A DNA stretch of 64,000 nt from Entomortierella parvispora E1425 (lineage: Eukaryota; Fungi; Mortierellomycota), in contig BQFW01000003.1 of assembly GCA_020891255.1 (NCBI GenBank), positions 620,001 to 684,000 on the forward strand. The letters run 5' to 3'. A program made the translations under genes and the position numbers. A model generated the notes under the pieces. It worked only from the letters and a program-made list of their open reading frames with translations, was not told the DNA's origin and did no database searches. Position 1 is the first letter of the stretch. The number at the start of each line of letters is the position of its first letter. This document shows positions 10,301 to 21,873 of this stretch, one piece after another.

Positions 10301-12548
10301 ACTTCAGCGGCAGGCACAGTCAGCCAGTCCCAGTCTACAACATCCTCACCGCAAACTCAGGATTCATCCTCCAGCTCAGAACCATACCCACTGGAATCGT
10401 CACCAATCGCTCTATCAACAAACCTATTCTGATCAGGCCAAGACACCTAGTCTACGCCGCGAGCGGACGCGTCAGCTTCGGAAAGAACTTCAAGTGTACT
10501 TGGATCGTGGACTCTCCCAAGAGGAGGCCATTCTCCAAAACAAAAAAGATAAAAAGAGAAACCGCCGCAAGGAAAAGAAAGCCAAAGAAGTGGCAGCAAA
10601 GGCTGAGGAGAGACGTCAACACGTTGAAAAGGCTGTGATAGCCACTGCTGAAGAACGAAAACAGAAGGACCAGATCACCATGGAGGAGGCGGAGGTCATG
10701 GAAGCATTTGATTACTTGACCGATAAAGAGTTTGAAGAGTTTATGACCTTGGCCGGGTTGACCATGGTGGACGTGAACCGAATCCGAGAAAAAGCTGCTA
10801 CCGCGGCCTTGAAGCAGGTGACAAAAGACATTGCCTCGGCCGACCAATCCTCTGTCAAAGCGACATTGCAGCAGGAGAGCAAGAAAGTGCAGCCTGCTCC
10901 TATGGCAAAGAATGCGGATAAGGATATGGAGGCCAAGAAAACTGTACAAAATGCGCCTTCGGGATCCGCTATCTCGGAGCCAAAAGCGCTTACTGTAACG
11001 TCCCCAGCGAGCCCAGCCTTTAAGGAAGGTCAAATTGTTGACAACGCGCCAAAGATGTACAAGAGCCGGCCTACCAGTCTTCCCAAGATGACCTCTATGG
11101 ACCTGTTGATGAAGAACACAAAGGTCATTGGCGACAGCAACCTCAGATGCTACCCAGAGTTGAAGGTGTCATCCCCGACTACCTCAATTGCCTCTGCTGC
11201 AGAGGGAACTCCAACATCGATCTCGTCCTCTCCTGCAACTTCTGTAGCACAAACCTCTCGCCGTCCCTCTACTATTGGCTCTACAGATCTCGGCACCGTC
11301 CCTGAAGAAGATACCCCCGCCGCAGCTTCCATTTCTACCCCATCATCCGCCTCAAACTCTGCCGAGATCCAGGTCGTCATGATCGAGATGTCTATGCCGG
11401 TTGCAAAGTCCACTCCCAAGACCACTACTGTAGCCACAACTACAGTGGAGAAGGGTTCCATCTTGGCTGCTACCAAGGAGCAGAAGAAGAAGATCTCTCC
11501 ATCGTCCTCTTCCTCTTCTATCCCAGTTTTAACCGCTCGTGGCGCCTCCTCTACCACCACTGCCTCGTCTCCCACACGAACCTCAAGCACGCCAATCAAG
11601 GATCTGAAGAGCAAATCTCCCTCGGTTTCTTCCCTCGCCTCCTTGTCCTCCTCTCGTTCGACTGAGTCTGTCTCTACTGAAAAGAGCCGTATTCCTTCGC
11701 CAATTTATGGGCTGAAGAAGAAGTCGGTTCCCTCTCCTCACTCGTCCGCTGAGAAGATGAAGGCCGTGGAAACAACCAAGGTTCCTGAATCCACTGGTGC
11801 TGCAGAGTCGAAAAAGTCGTCTGTCCGGGACGCTATCAAGGCCCTGGAAGGAGGACCCAAACCCAAGTCTGGGGTCCGTGATGCTATCAAAGCATTTGAA
11901 AGACCTGCAGGCTCGACGTCAGGCACAGCGCCTTTGCCCTTCCCAAAGCTCAGGCCCGTGGTTAGGAACACGACCCCGATATCCGCGACGACTCTGCCTT
12001 CTGGCGCCGCTGGTTCTACCCTCAGGCCCTGGGATGCTTTGAGAAAGAAAAAAACCACCACCACGGCGACGACGACAACAGTGGTGGCTCCTTCAACAGA
12101 GCCGCTTAAACCAAAAGAGGATGACAAGAAAACTTTTGTATCAAAGTCGTCCATGTCGAAAGACGAGGTTTCGAGAGTGGGTCACATGAAAGACACCTTC
12201 AAAATCAGCACCACCAAAGTCATCCCCACTACAGTGGAGATTACCCCCTTGGATGCTAAGAAGACGACCACCCCCGTTCCTGCTACTGCTGCTAATCCTG
12301 CTGTCATCCCGCGGTTTGTCCTTGAAATCGAGACCATGGTGGATGACCTGGATGACAACAAAGTGTCAAAGAGGGAGCAGGTTACGAAGGTGGAGGCTAA
12401 GGTGTCAAAACTAAAGAATAAGGAAGAGAGACTTCAAATCCTTCAGGTGGAGGAGCAAGAGGACGAAGAGGCTGCTGAGCTTCGTGAGCTTCTCAATTCC
12501 ATGTCTGAAGAGGAACGATCCGAGTTCTTGAGGCTCTCACGAGCTTAA
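7368..12548 (+). CDS. Large (~1521 aa) protein with Q-rich N-terminus, divergent RhoGAP domain, coiled coil and S/T/K-rich tail; exons 7368-8241, 8563-8646, 8775-8987, 9154-12548
   Basis: Spliced translation gives IMKCIDEIKLRGLKHKHLFR...DTVAGLLTTALSRTYPPLIP...LGMLPELNRFLFVEILDLCCDLVDNQLYNQVSHSKLAIYPG, colinear with the RhoGAP consensus. All junctions are GT-AG and the total of 4566 nt is a multiple of 3. Confidence 0.75.
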
Positions 12549-12782
12549 ACAGGCAGTATGTGGATGGACCCATTCGTAAGAAAATATCCATTGAACTAGA
12601 TTCATTTTTTTAATAATAACTTCGCGAGGCCGAGATTACACCACTATTTCCAGTTCCAATCCAAAAGAAAAAAAAGAAAAAGAAAAAAAAATGTTTGTAC
12701 ATACAAAAGCGGGGAGATATCGACATGAGAAAACTGAGGGTGGCAGAAAGTAAAGTGAGAAGGAGATCGTTTTTCCTTATCC

Positions 12783-14177
12783 TTAATACTGCTGGTGCAT
12801 TGGCTGCTGCTGCTGCTGCGGAGGGTAGGGATGGTTGGCCATCAATTGTTGCTGCTGTTGTTGTTGCTGCATCAATTGCTGCTGCTGCATCTGGACGGCC
12901 TGGTAAGGCAGAGGGGGCTGTTGAGCACCAGATCCCTGTTGCTGGTACACATGCTGTTGTTGTTGAGACTGCGAGGGATTGGTGTTGATAGGAATCGGTT
13001 GCTGCTGTTGAGGCATCATTTGTCCGTTGCCTCCCATCTGAACCGCCGCTGCTGCGGCAGCCGCTTGTTGCTGTTGCTGCTGTTGCTGGAGATTGGCGTA
13101 TCCACGAATGTCGTTAAAGTACACATGGTTGAGGGCGTCCTTGGCAGAGATACGTCGGTTGGGTTGGTAGTTCAACATCTGCATCAGTAGGTCCATGCCA
13201 AACGTGTCAATCATGGGGACAACAGTCGACAGCGGCTTGGGTGGGTAGTAAGGGAAATCCTTGCGGTACTCTGAGTACTTTGTAACGCCAGGCCATGTCT
13301 CCTCTGTAGGTGTACCCATGACCTTGAAGATCTTGATGAGCTCATCCTGGTTGTTGGATCCTGCAAAGAGGGGCTTGCCCAAGTACATCTCTGCCATGAT
13401 ACAGCCGGCGGACCAAATGTCAATCGAGGTCGAGTACGTCTTTGAGCCAAGGAGAACATCAGGCGCTCTAACACCGAAAAGTGAGAATGAAGTGTAGTGG
13501 TCAGCTTATGACAAATGGTACCGGTTTCGTGTGCGTGTCCCGGCTAGCCACACAGCATCGGCGATGATCCATGCACCCTCCTCTGTCCTCAAACAGATAA
13601 AAGAAACAAAAAAGATTGGACTGAAATATAGAACAAAGTTATAAAAAGATGGGGGCTTTCCAGCCACGTACCTGTACCAAAGGGTCACCACTTCGTTTGA
13701 AAACGTGTTCACGGGAATACCAAAGGCTCTGGCCAGACCGAAATCGCCCAGCTTGAGCTCGCCCTTGCGGTTGATCAAAAGGTTCTGAGGCTTGAGGTCG
13801 CGGTGGAGAACTCTGTTCTCGTGGCAGAAGTTGACGCCCTTGAGCAGCTGGTACATGAAGGCTTTGATGACGATCGGTCCCAAGGACCCGCGGGTGCCGT
13901 GCTGGTCCATATACTTCTTCAAGTCCTGGTCCATGTACTCAAAGACGAGCGTGAGCTTGTTCTCTGTGTGGATCACATCATGCAAACGCACAATGTTTGG
14001 GTGGCGAAGCTCCTTCATCAATGAAATCTCTCTGATGGCTGTCGATGGTGCGCCCTCTTCCGAGTCCAGACGAATCTCCTTGAGCGCAACGGCCTCGCCA
14101 TTCGACCGGTTCTTGCCCTTGAAGACGGTGGCGTAGGTGCCCTCGCCAATCTTTTCGAGACTTTGGTACCGCTCCAT
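12783..14177 (-). CDS. PHO85: Cyclin-dependent kinase Pho85/Cdk5 type, 396 aa, with polyQ tail; exons 14177-13672, 13467-12783
   Basis: [60 protein letters not shown]|[38 protein letters not shown]. Intron 13671-13468 is GT-AG. Confidence 0.93.
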
Positions 14178-14903
14178 GAGGTGATGTCTTTTTTCAGGTC
14201 TGGCAGTAAAAGGTGACGAGGATTGCGTGTCCGAAAGGTCTTATGTCCTTGCCGGCGAAAAGGGGAGGTGAAGATGACAGCAGAGGAGAGAGAGAGAAGA
14301 GGAATGAATGAAGAGGAGAGAAGAAAGGACAATTGTCAAAAGCGAGAAACGAGAAGAAAAGGAAAGGGAAAAAGGAAAAGAAGGGAAGGCAGAAAAGAAC
14401 AAAAGTCCAAAGAGTGGAATCAAGGCCTTCATGCGCAAGGGACAATCATGCGCGCAGGAATGGGAATCCCAACCCTCCACCGAACAACCAGGATCAGAAT
14501 CCGGTCGAACCACCGCTGGGCGCGGGGCGCAACAGCATCCATGCATCCCATGCATCCCATGCATCTTTTCTGTGTAATTGCACCTGTCCATTGTGCTGCG
14601 TCGTTGTGCTCTTTGTCGACTCTTGGCCCTCGGCCTTTGCTCTCTTGTTCCCCCTTCTCCTTTACCATCTATTCATCCCCTTGCACCCACCGTTCAGGAG
14701 GGGGGAACGGTCGTATTGATACGCCGTTTTTCTTTCCTCGATGGTTGGCCCTGACTCAGTCACTGTTGCCCACGCACCTCCTCCAAGTCTTTGACTGGAC
14801 GATTTTTATTATTGGATATTGTTGTTGCTCGTCCAAACTGTGCGTCGCTCTTGGATCGGTATCTTGGCTCAAACTTCGGCAAACACACCAAGGCCTTTGC
14901 CTA

Positions 14904-16056
14904 TTAGCTCTTGAGTGCCTCCAAACGTCTCTGCATGTCATCCAGCTCGGGCTCCTCTTCCTCCTCAGCTTCTGTTGGCAATGTGCCAGCAGCAACGGGT
15001 GCCTCGCCCAACAGTCCTAAGAGCATTCAAGGAGTAGATCGTTAGTAAAAACAGGGGAGACTTGTTGGTACAGATCACAGCAATTCACATATCCTGCAGT
15101 CTTTACCGTCTGTAATCTGGAAGAGGACCTTGTTGACTTCTTCCTCGGCTTCTTCCTCAATCTCATCATCATCCATACCCTCCATGGTCTCTTGAACCAT
15201 CTCGTCAATAAGTCCAGCCTACGGGGATGGGTGGAATGTTAGTCTTGGGAACGGTCTTTTGTGCCGATATCTTGCTCGCAACGATATTAAGGTACCTTCA
15301 TCATCTCCTTTGTCATCTCTTGCATCTGCATGGAAATCTGTGGCAGCTTGACCAAGCTATTGACCATGCTCATGACTTCTGTACTCTTTTCAAGTGTTCC
15401 TGCAATCTTCAAGGTAGCTAGAAGCAACAAGGGTAGGAAAGTCAGCCAAGATTGTTCTTTCATCAACATCGGTTCAATACTTTGTTGGAGTCGTTCTCTT
15501 CCTGCGCCTTGTCATTCTCAACACACACACACAAACACACACACAACACACAAAAAACCATTACCAAGTTGATGCTGCAACTGCATCGATATTGAGTTCA
15601 ATTGAGCCTTGCTCGTCACAATCCGATCCTTTTGACGCCGGGTTCGCACAAGTTCCTTCGCCAACATCTTGCATGTCTTGATATCGCCTTTCTTAGCAAT
15701 CTGCTTGATCAATCGCTTGGCCTTAGCCTCCTCTGTCTCGATGCCAATCTTCTGTCTGTCCAGCGCTCTCTTTTGGGCATTGATCTCTTGGCGCCATTTC
15801 CTGACCTGTCAAATTAAAACATCAAATGAACATAAGATTGGAAACCAATGCAGGCGAATTAGTGCTTCATACATTAGCAGAGTGTCGGGCTCTCCGCTGA
15901 CTCCAAGGCTGAAGGTGGCATTGGTTCATTGCTCCTGAAAATAGAGACAGATAGAGGAGGGACGTTCCATGTGGAGCTCTTTACCATCTCTTCAGGCGTC
16001 TTTTTGCCGAAGAACCGTTGGACAGATTCCACTGATGCTTTTAAAGTTGAAGCCAT
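14904..16056 (-). CDS. VPS24: ESCRT-III subunit Vps24/CHMP3, 219 aa; exons 16056-15985, 15805-15565, 15417-15296, 15218-15107, 15016-14904
   Basis: FFGKKTPEEMVRKWRQEI...KKGDIKTCKMLAKELVR...TSKAQLNSISMQLQHQLATLKIAGTLEKSTEVM...EMMKAGLIDEMV...DDMQRRLEALKS. Four GT-AG introns give a 660-nt CDS. Confidence 0.94.
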
Positions 16057-16246
16057 TGTCCTCGTGTCTATGTCGTCTGTACTTGTCGTGAATGTATAGA
16101 AGGGTGCCTGTGTGTGAGTGCGTGTGCGTTGATGGAGGTAATGGAGAAGAAAATAAAAAAGAAATGCCAAGATGCCAAGTGCGGAAGCTTTGACACGTTC
16201 GAACTCCCAGGCACACAACGTCACATGATCCACAGCAAAGCTTTGT

Positions 16247-19200
16247 TTATTCTGTTGAAAGCTCTAGGCGAACATCTTTGTGGATGAAGTTCCATAGTGT
16301 CTGTGCCGGTCCTTCGCCAAGAATAGAGGAAAGGCCGTCCATGTCTAGTTCTGCAAGCTCTCTTATACTGCCAACACTGCTCATGACTCGCTTGTAGTTC
16401 TTGGACGTGATGCCAGGCAAACTCCGAAGGATATCTTGCGGGGTCAAATTGAACGCGCTGTCAATCTCTTGCTCTGGGTCAACGCCAACTGCCTGGGCCT
16501 GCTGAGCATCAGGTTCATCCTCTGACCTCTACAGTGATCAATTGTGAAATATGTCAAGGGAAAAGTCAGATTGAGTCTCGTGCAATAGAACTGCTGCAAC
16601 TTTACGCTTACCTTAAGATCTTCAAAAATCTCAACCGTAGCATTGACAGAAGATGACCAAATGAGCCGCAACGTGGGGAATGCCAAAGTCAGTAGCACAA
16701 GTTTTGATGACAGCTCTGTCACTGAGATGTCACTCCTTATATCGGCTTTGTCCTATATGTATAGCGCTGGATGTGTTAGGCTGCACCAGCTCATCTTTGT
16801 CGTAACAACCTGAACATGTATACCTTACCTGCAATGAAAACGACTTATCCTGGTCAAACTCGATCAAGAGGACGGGGTGGAGGTAATGTACTGTCATAGC
16901 CTCCATCTGGGTATATCTGCCAATGAGCAAAAGCCAAGATTTAGAGCCTTTACATCAAATCGCCTTCATCAAAAGGCATGCCTGACTTACAAGCGTCCTG
17001 ACGCAAAAGAGGAGATCAAGTCAGAAATACTTTTTCTCTCCACGCAAATGTTGGGAGAGAGGACATAATCTCCAACTGTAATTGTGCAAGGATCCAGAAT
17101 CATTCCCTGAGAGTGCAAGATCGACGGCAAAGAGCTCCTAAACTCTCTAGCATCCACCACGATTCTTGGCAGCGGTCGCTCCTCTCCCAGCGCTTTGCCG
17201 CCGCCAGCAATTCGAGTATGAATATTTCGCAATAAAGATTGATCCTGGACCTGCTGCTTGGTTTGCATGTCTCCCACAGGAAGGACCATCATCTAGATCA
17301 CAGAAAAAGAGAAGACACGATTAGTATGGAGACAAGCTTCAGGAGTAATCGCTGTATTCTCGAGTAATCGCTGTATTCTCGAGTAATCGCTGTATTCTCG
17401 AGTAATCGCTGTATTCTCGAGTAATCGCTGTATTCTCGAGTAATCGCTGTATTCTCGAGTAATCGCTGTATTCTCGAGTAATCGCTGTATTCTCGAGTAA
17501 TCGCTGTATTCTCGAGTAATCGCTGTATTCTCGAGTAATCGCTGTATTCTCGAGTAATCGCTGTATTCTCGAGTAATCGCTGTATTCTCGAGTAATCGCT
17601 GTATTCTCGAGTAATCGCTGTATTCTCGAGTAATCGCTGTATTCTCGAGTAATCGCTGTATTCTCGAGTAATCGCTGTATTCTCGAGTAATCGCTGTATT
17701 CTCGAGGGACTGACGGCAACTCACAGATTTGTCACGGATCAGTTTTGTGAATGCATCCTTCTCACGACGTAGAGAGCTGAGATAAAGTTGCTCCTCCACA
17801 GAGTTGTCGTAAACGGTAAAGTAGACTCGAACCTGCTTTCCAGGATGACAGGCCTTGAAGACTTCGACACATCTGACGAACGTAGGATCCGGGTCATACA
17901 TAATAATGAATCTTGGCTTCAAGTTTTCCAGCAATCTGGCGTCAGATTCACCAGCGTATGTATGGACGACAACTAGCGAGCTTGACTCAATCAAACCAAA
18001 GTAGTCTGTAGGATCATCCACTTCTTCGAGGTCTTGATCATATAGGATTGGCAACCTTGATGGAGCCTCCTGCGTGGCACTGATGCTAAATGATACAACA
18101 ACGTCGTGCAGTGAGTAAGATATATGTTAAGCCAAAGTGTCCATTAAAGCAACTCTTCAGACGTACAATGTGGATATAATCTCGGATTCTCTCTCGAATG
18201 AAGAGTTGGTGTGTTTTGCTACAGGCGCCACTATGTTACCACCACCTCTGACTCGTCGTCTTTTATTTGGTGGTTGACCCCGTTGCTGTCCTCCGGTGTG
18301 GTTTCCAGCTACGCCAACGAAAGTGAAATATTATTAGTTTTTGCGCTTCTCTACATTCACTATACCGGGCATCAAACCATACCAGGCGTTGAGGACGCTG
18401 AGGGCCCCGCTTTCTTCGAGGACATGTTCTCTTTGAAAAATTTCATGTTGGCCTTCCATCGAAGGTACCCGTGCAAAAGATCTCTCATAAGAGGTTTTCC
18501 ACGGGTTGAGTTGTTGGTTTTCTTGGTAGAAAGGTATCTTCTGAGTTGTGAGCACGTCCTAGAGTCCTGTGCCATGATTAAAACCGTGTCTAATCCTGAT
18601 ATGTAAACAAGATTCCAATCAGCACTCATCATCATAATAGACGGCCTTCAAAGTCACCACTTTGGCAAGGTACCTTCAGGGTGCGGAGAATGGTACAAGT
18701 CCAACTCAACCTCATCCATAATATCGGACAGAATATTCCACTTCGGAAGCTCTTCCAAAATTGGTCTGGTGTTTGGCAACATGTGAGGATCATCGGGATC
18801 TGTGTAGCCCGCCTGGTGCAAAAACACGCGAGATTTTGCGGTCTATGTAGACAAGAGAGCGTCAGCCTGATATTAACACTAGGAACCTTTGACTTTGTAA
18901 GCGAAATGAGCAATTAGGGGACGATAGTACCGAGAAAATTTTGTCCGCAGCATCTGTCTGTATCCAATAGCTGTTACTTGACATCGGGTTATATGTCGCG
19001 AGGATCGTCTCCAGGTACAAGTTGAAGTTGACGCTGTCGTATGAAACCAGATATCCCAAAAGATTTCGCAAAGTCTTCAGATCACCAACGAGCTGCTTTG
19101 TTTTCGAGCTAACGCGATGCCAAATAGGATCCAGTTGCCGGCGAATTATCACGTCAAACGATTTAAATAGCGCCTTCTCCACTGTGAAGTCATCTACATC

Positions 19201-20148
19201 GATTTCGATCTGGATATAAGGTCAGTTATGAGTGTCGGCGAGAGATGGCATCCAGAGACAACTTACCGAGACACTAGATCTTTTCAGTTCCTGTAAACAA
19301 GCGTCCATGCAGTCAATGATAGCCGCCTGGATAGTCTTCATGGCCTTTGTCATCGGTTGCCTTAGTTCGATTACATCCGCTGTATGAGACTCCAAACTTT
19401 CCGACACTGTCACATGGAATCTAAAGGGGAGGATATGTGTGTGTTAGGATTCTATGACGACAAAGCAGCAGTGAGAGCCATGGTAACAAAGCTCACCTTG
19501 GCCAAAGATTGACTTTTCGGAGGTAAAGAAGTTTCATAGTCTTTTCTAAAGTCGCAAATCCTGACGAGAAGGACTCCGGACTATCGCTGAAGGCCTTGAT
19601 AAATCCTTCCGAATTGCTTTGGCGAAATAAACGAAGAATAAACGCCTCAGTTGATGTAGCGGTCACTCTAGAAACAAACAAGATAGCCCAATGAGTTTTT
19701 CGCCGTCAATTTCTTCCTTTTAACGCATATAACCCATAGGAGATGTAGTTATGTACCTGTGTGCATTGGCAACAAGAATGCCCGTTATGAGCTGGGACGG
19801 AATTCTAGAGGTCAAAAGGTCCATCACCAGAATCCGGGATGTGATTGCCATGACGCCTCCGTACCGATAGAGCTCACTACGTTCTGCAACGCTTTGTTCA
19901 CTTGTGATACTACGAAAGTATGCCCCTCCGTAGCCTACATTAACAGACCGCATATCATCCCTGAGGGCGGTCTCTTCGTCCGCATTGGAGTTGATTAGCA
20001 GCACTAGGTTCTGAGGCTGGGAGTAAATCTGCAAGAATGAGCCAAGAATGTTGCGGAGGCCTAGTCCCTTGGCCAGAATGAGGAGAGCATCTTCGGCAAC
20101 CAGCTCTGCAACGATTTCTTTCTGGAATGCCAGGGGTAAAGATGACAT
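16247..20148 (-). CDS. RAD1: DNA repair endonuclease XPF/Rad1 (ERCC4; S. pombe Rad16), 12 exons, ~897 aa
   Basis: MSSLPLAFQKEIV..., SRILVMDLL, FIKAFSDSPE, PPNKRRRVRGG, PRFIIMYDPDPTFVRCVEVF, YLSSLRREKDAFTKLIRDK, nuclease motif IVVDAREFRSSLP...VGDYVLSPNICVERKSISDL, C-terminal HhH LRSLPGIT. Exons 20148-19757, 19667-19497, 19420-19267, 19209-18931, 18842-18674, 18595-18383, 18308-18167, 18085-17725, 17292-16991, 16916-16829, 16752-16612 and 16528-16247 sum to 2694 nt. Confidence 0.95.
17343..17706 (+). repeat. Perfect minisatellite, 19 copies of GAGTAATCGCTGTATTCTC plus GAG, inside XPF intron 8 (17293-17724)
   Basis: 361 bp = 19 x 19 with no mismatch between copies and no spacers. An XhoI site CTCGAG forms at every junction. 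Confidence 0.97.
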
Positions 20149-20257
20149 TGAGTGAGGGAGGAGAGAAAATGACAAGGAATGGTAGCATGCTCGAAATGAG
20201 ACCCTCAGTTTATTTTGGTGGCAAAAGGCGCCGAAATGAACGTGACCATTCGCGGTG

Positions 20258-21555
20258 CTAGGCGCTTGTGTCTGCAACCTCGTCCACGTTGCCTGAGGAA
20301 ACTCTGTTGATATAGTCCGACAAGTGCGCCGCCTCTGGTGTTTGTTGGGCCATTGGACGGCCACTGAACAGTGCATCCGCAACAATATCCGTAGTAAGGT
20401 CCGAGAGCCTTGAGATCATTCCAGAAAGTGTGTTAAAAATCCAGTGTAACTCTGTCCCCGAGTGATCAACATAGATATTTGACTTACCATGCTTGGAGCT
20501 CGATAGGAAGATAGGGCTCTTCAGATGTATTTGACACCTCCTTCAGTGCATTGAAGTTCTCTTCAACACGTGCCTTGTATTTTGAAAACTGGGGGCCTGC
20601 TTGGTTGATGCATTGCTAGATGTGGACAGTATAAGTGGATGTCAGATTGCTGCCGATGTGCCCTGAACCTTCTGTTTCGTCTGAAGAGTGTACTAACATA
20701 GAGCAACGCCGTTTGGTGAGCCATGTACTTGTGATTCGTCAAACGAACGTCGTTTTGCAACTGCAAAGCAATGGACACCAATTGATTGATACTTGACATT
20801 TGACGGAAATGTGCTGTGTTGTTATGAGGTTCAGACTGGTTAGATCTCCACAGATGTATCGGACAAAGCGACAGAAGAATATTGGATAAAGTATGCGAAC
20901 CTTCGATAAAGCTTCCTCCAGGTATAACATGTTCGATCCCAAGATACTCAGATGACTTTGGGAACATCTCTGCCAAGCCGGTCCGAATCATGTAGCGCTG
21001 TGAGGACAAAAAAAATCAGGACTCACGAATGTCACTGACACAGGCTGCATCACCCCTCAGATAATAATACCTGCAGTATCATGCGACCTGTGGTGTTCTC
21101 TTGATCATCTGGATGTCCCGGGTTCTTATTTTCAGCTTCGTATGCATATAACGTCTGCTCAAGGTGCGCAATGGTCCTTGCCAGCTCGGCATTGGTTTCC
21201 TCATGCTACAAAATGACAAAAACAGTGTAAGTTGCAAATCTCGTAGGCATGTATGCATGTGCGGCAATTGTAGGGTCCTACCTTTCCTACGGTCTCTATC
21301 CTTGTTACAAACATCTCTACTCGACTAAGCTCGTTCAGCATTTGCAACCCCAGGCGCTTGTGTTTGCTAGCCGAGTTGGGATGAATAGGATTTCGGATAT
21401 GGATTGGCACTAGTCCATGAAGGCAAAACAAAGTCTAGTGTCAAATCCCAGATGTCGAGCTGCTTCTTGCACAACGCAGGTTTAGACCGCCTGGTACCTT
21501 CATGAATCTCCGTCAACGGCGTCAAATTGACGAGAGGTGGAGACTCTAGAATCAT
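20258..21555 (-). CDS. Multi-exon hypothetical protein (~290 aa, helical), function unknown; 5' exon structure tentative
   Basis: GT-AG splicing links in-frame pieces KHKRLGLQMLNELSRVEMFVTRIETVGK | HEETNAELARTIAHLEQTLYAYE...MILQ | RYMIRTGLAEMFPKSSEYLG...FIE | AHFRQMSSINQLVSIALQLQNDVRLTNHKYMAHQTALLY | QCINQAGPQFSKYKARVEENF...QAW | LSDLTTDIVADALF...DTSA*. Some donors are weak (GTTCGC, GTACCA). Confidence 0.6.
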
Positions 21556-21873
21556 GCTAACGGTAGGTTCGAATGGAGGATGAAGGATGGTGTTTGCTTT
21601 GTGGGAGTGGAAACAAGATGGGACACGCGATTGGTGGATATAATGAGTTGCTGTGAAAAGAAAAGGTTGAGATGTAACCGCATGGCCACATGGTGCCTGT
21701 CTGCCTCCTTGCATTCACGCGTGAGAAAGCGCCAACCTTGCCAGCATGAAAACCTCTCAAATCACAAAATTCTTTTTTTTTGGTCCAGGGACGTGCTGAG
21801 CCTTTAAATTTCCTCGTTCGTGGACTCGCCAACAGGCACCTTTTCCTTCCCGCCTTCCACTTTCACATCAACC

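Noticed and set aside
14223-15020. 265-aa + strand ORF between PHO85 and VPS24
   Set aside because: Composition follows purine/pyrimidine tracts of UTR and promoter DNA, it overlaps the last VPS24 exon in antisense, and it has no domain features.
17343-17706. Repeat array as a CRISPR locus or a repeat protein (ORFs 17339-17719 and the REYSDYSRIQRLLENTAIT run)
   Set aside because: Units are directly adjacent with no spacers, there are no cas genes, and the context is eukaryotic. The peptide repeat is simply the 57-nt translation of a 19-bp unit inside a GT-AG intron.
21560-21580. GGTTCGAAT as a tRNA T-loop
   Set aside because: No complementary T-stem (GG follows instead of CC), and no acceptor stem or D-arm.
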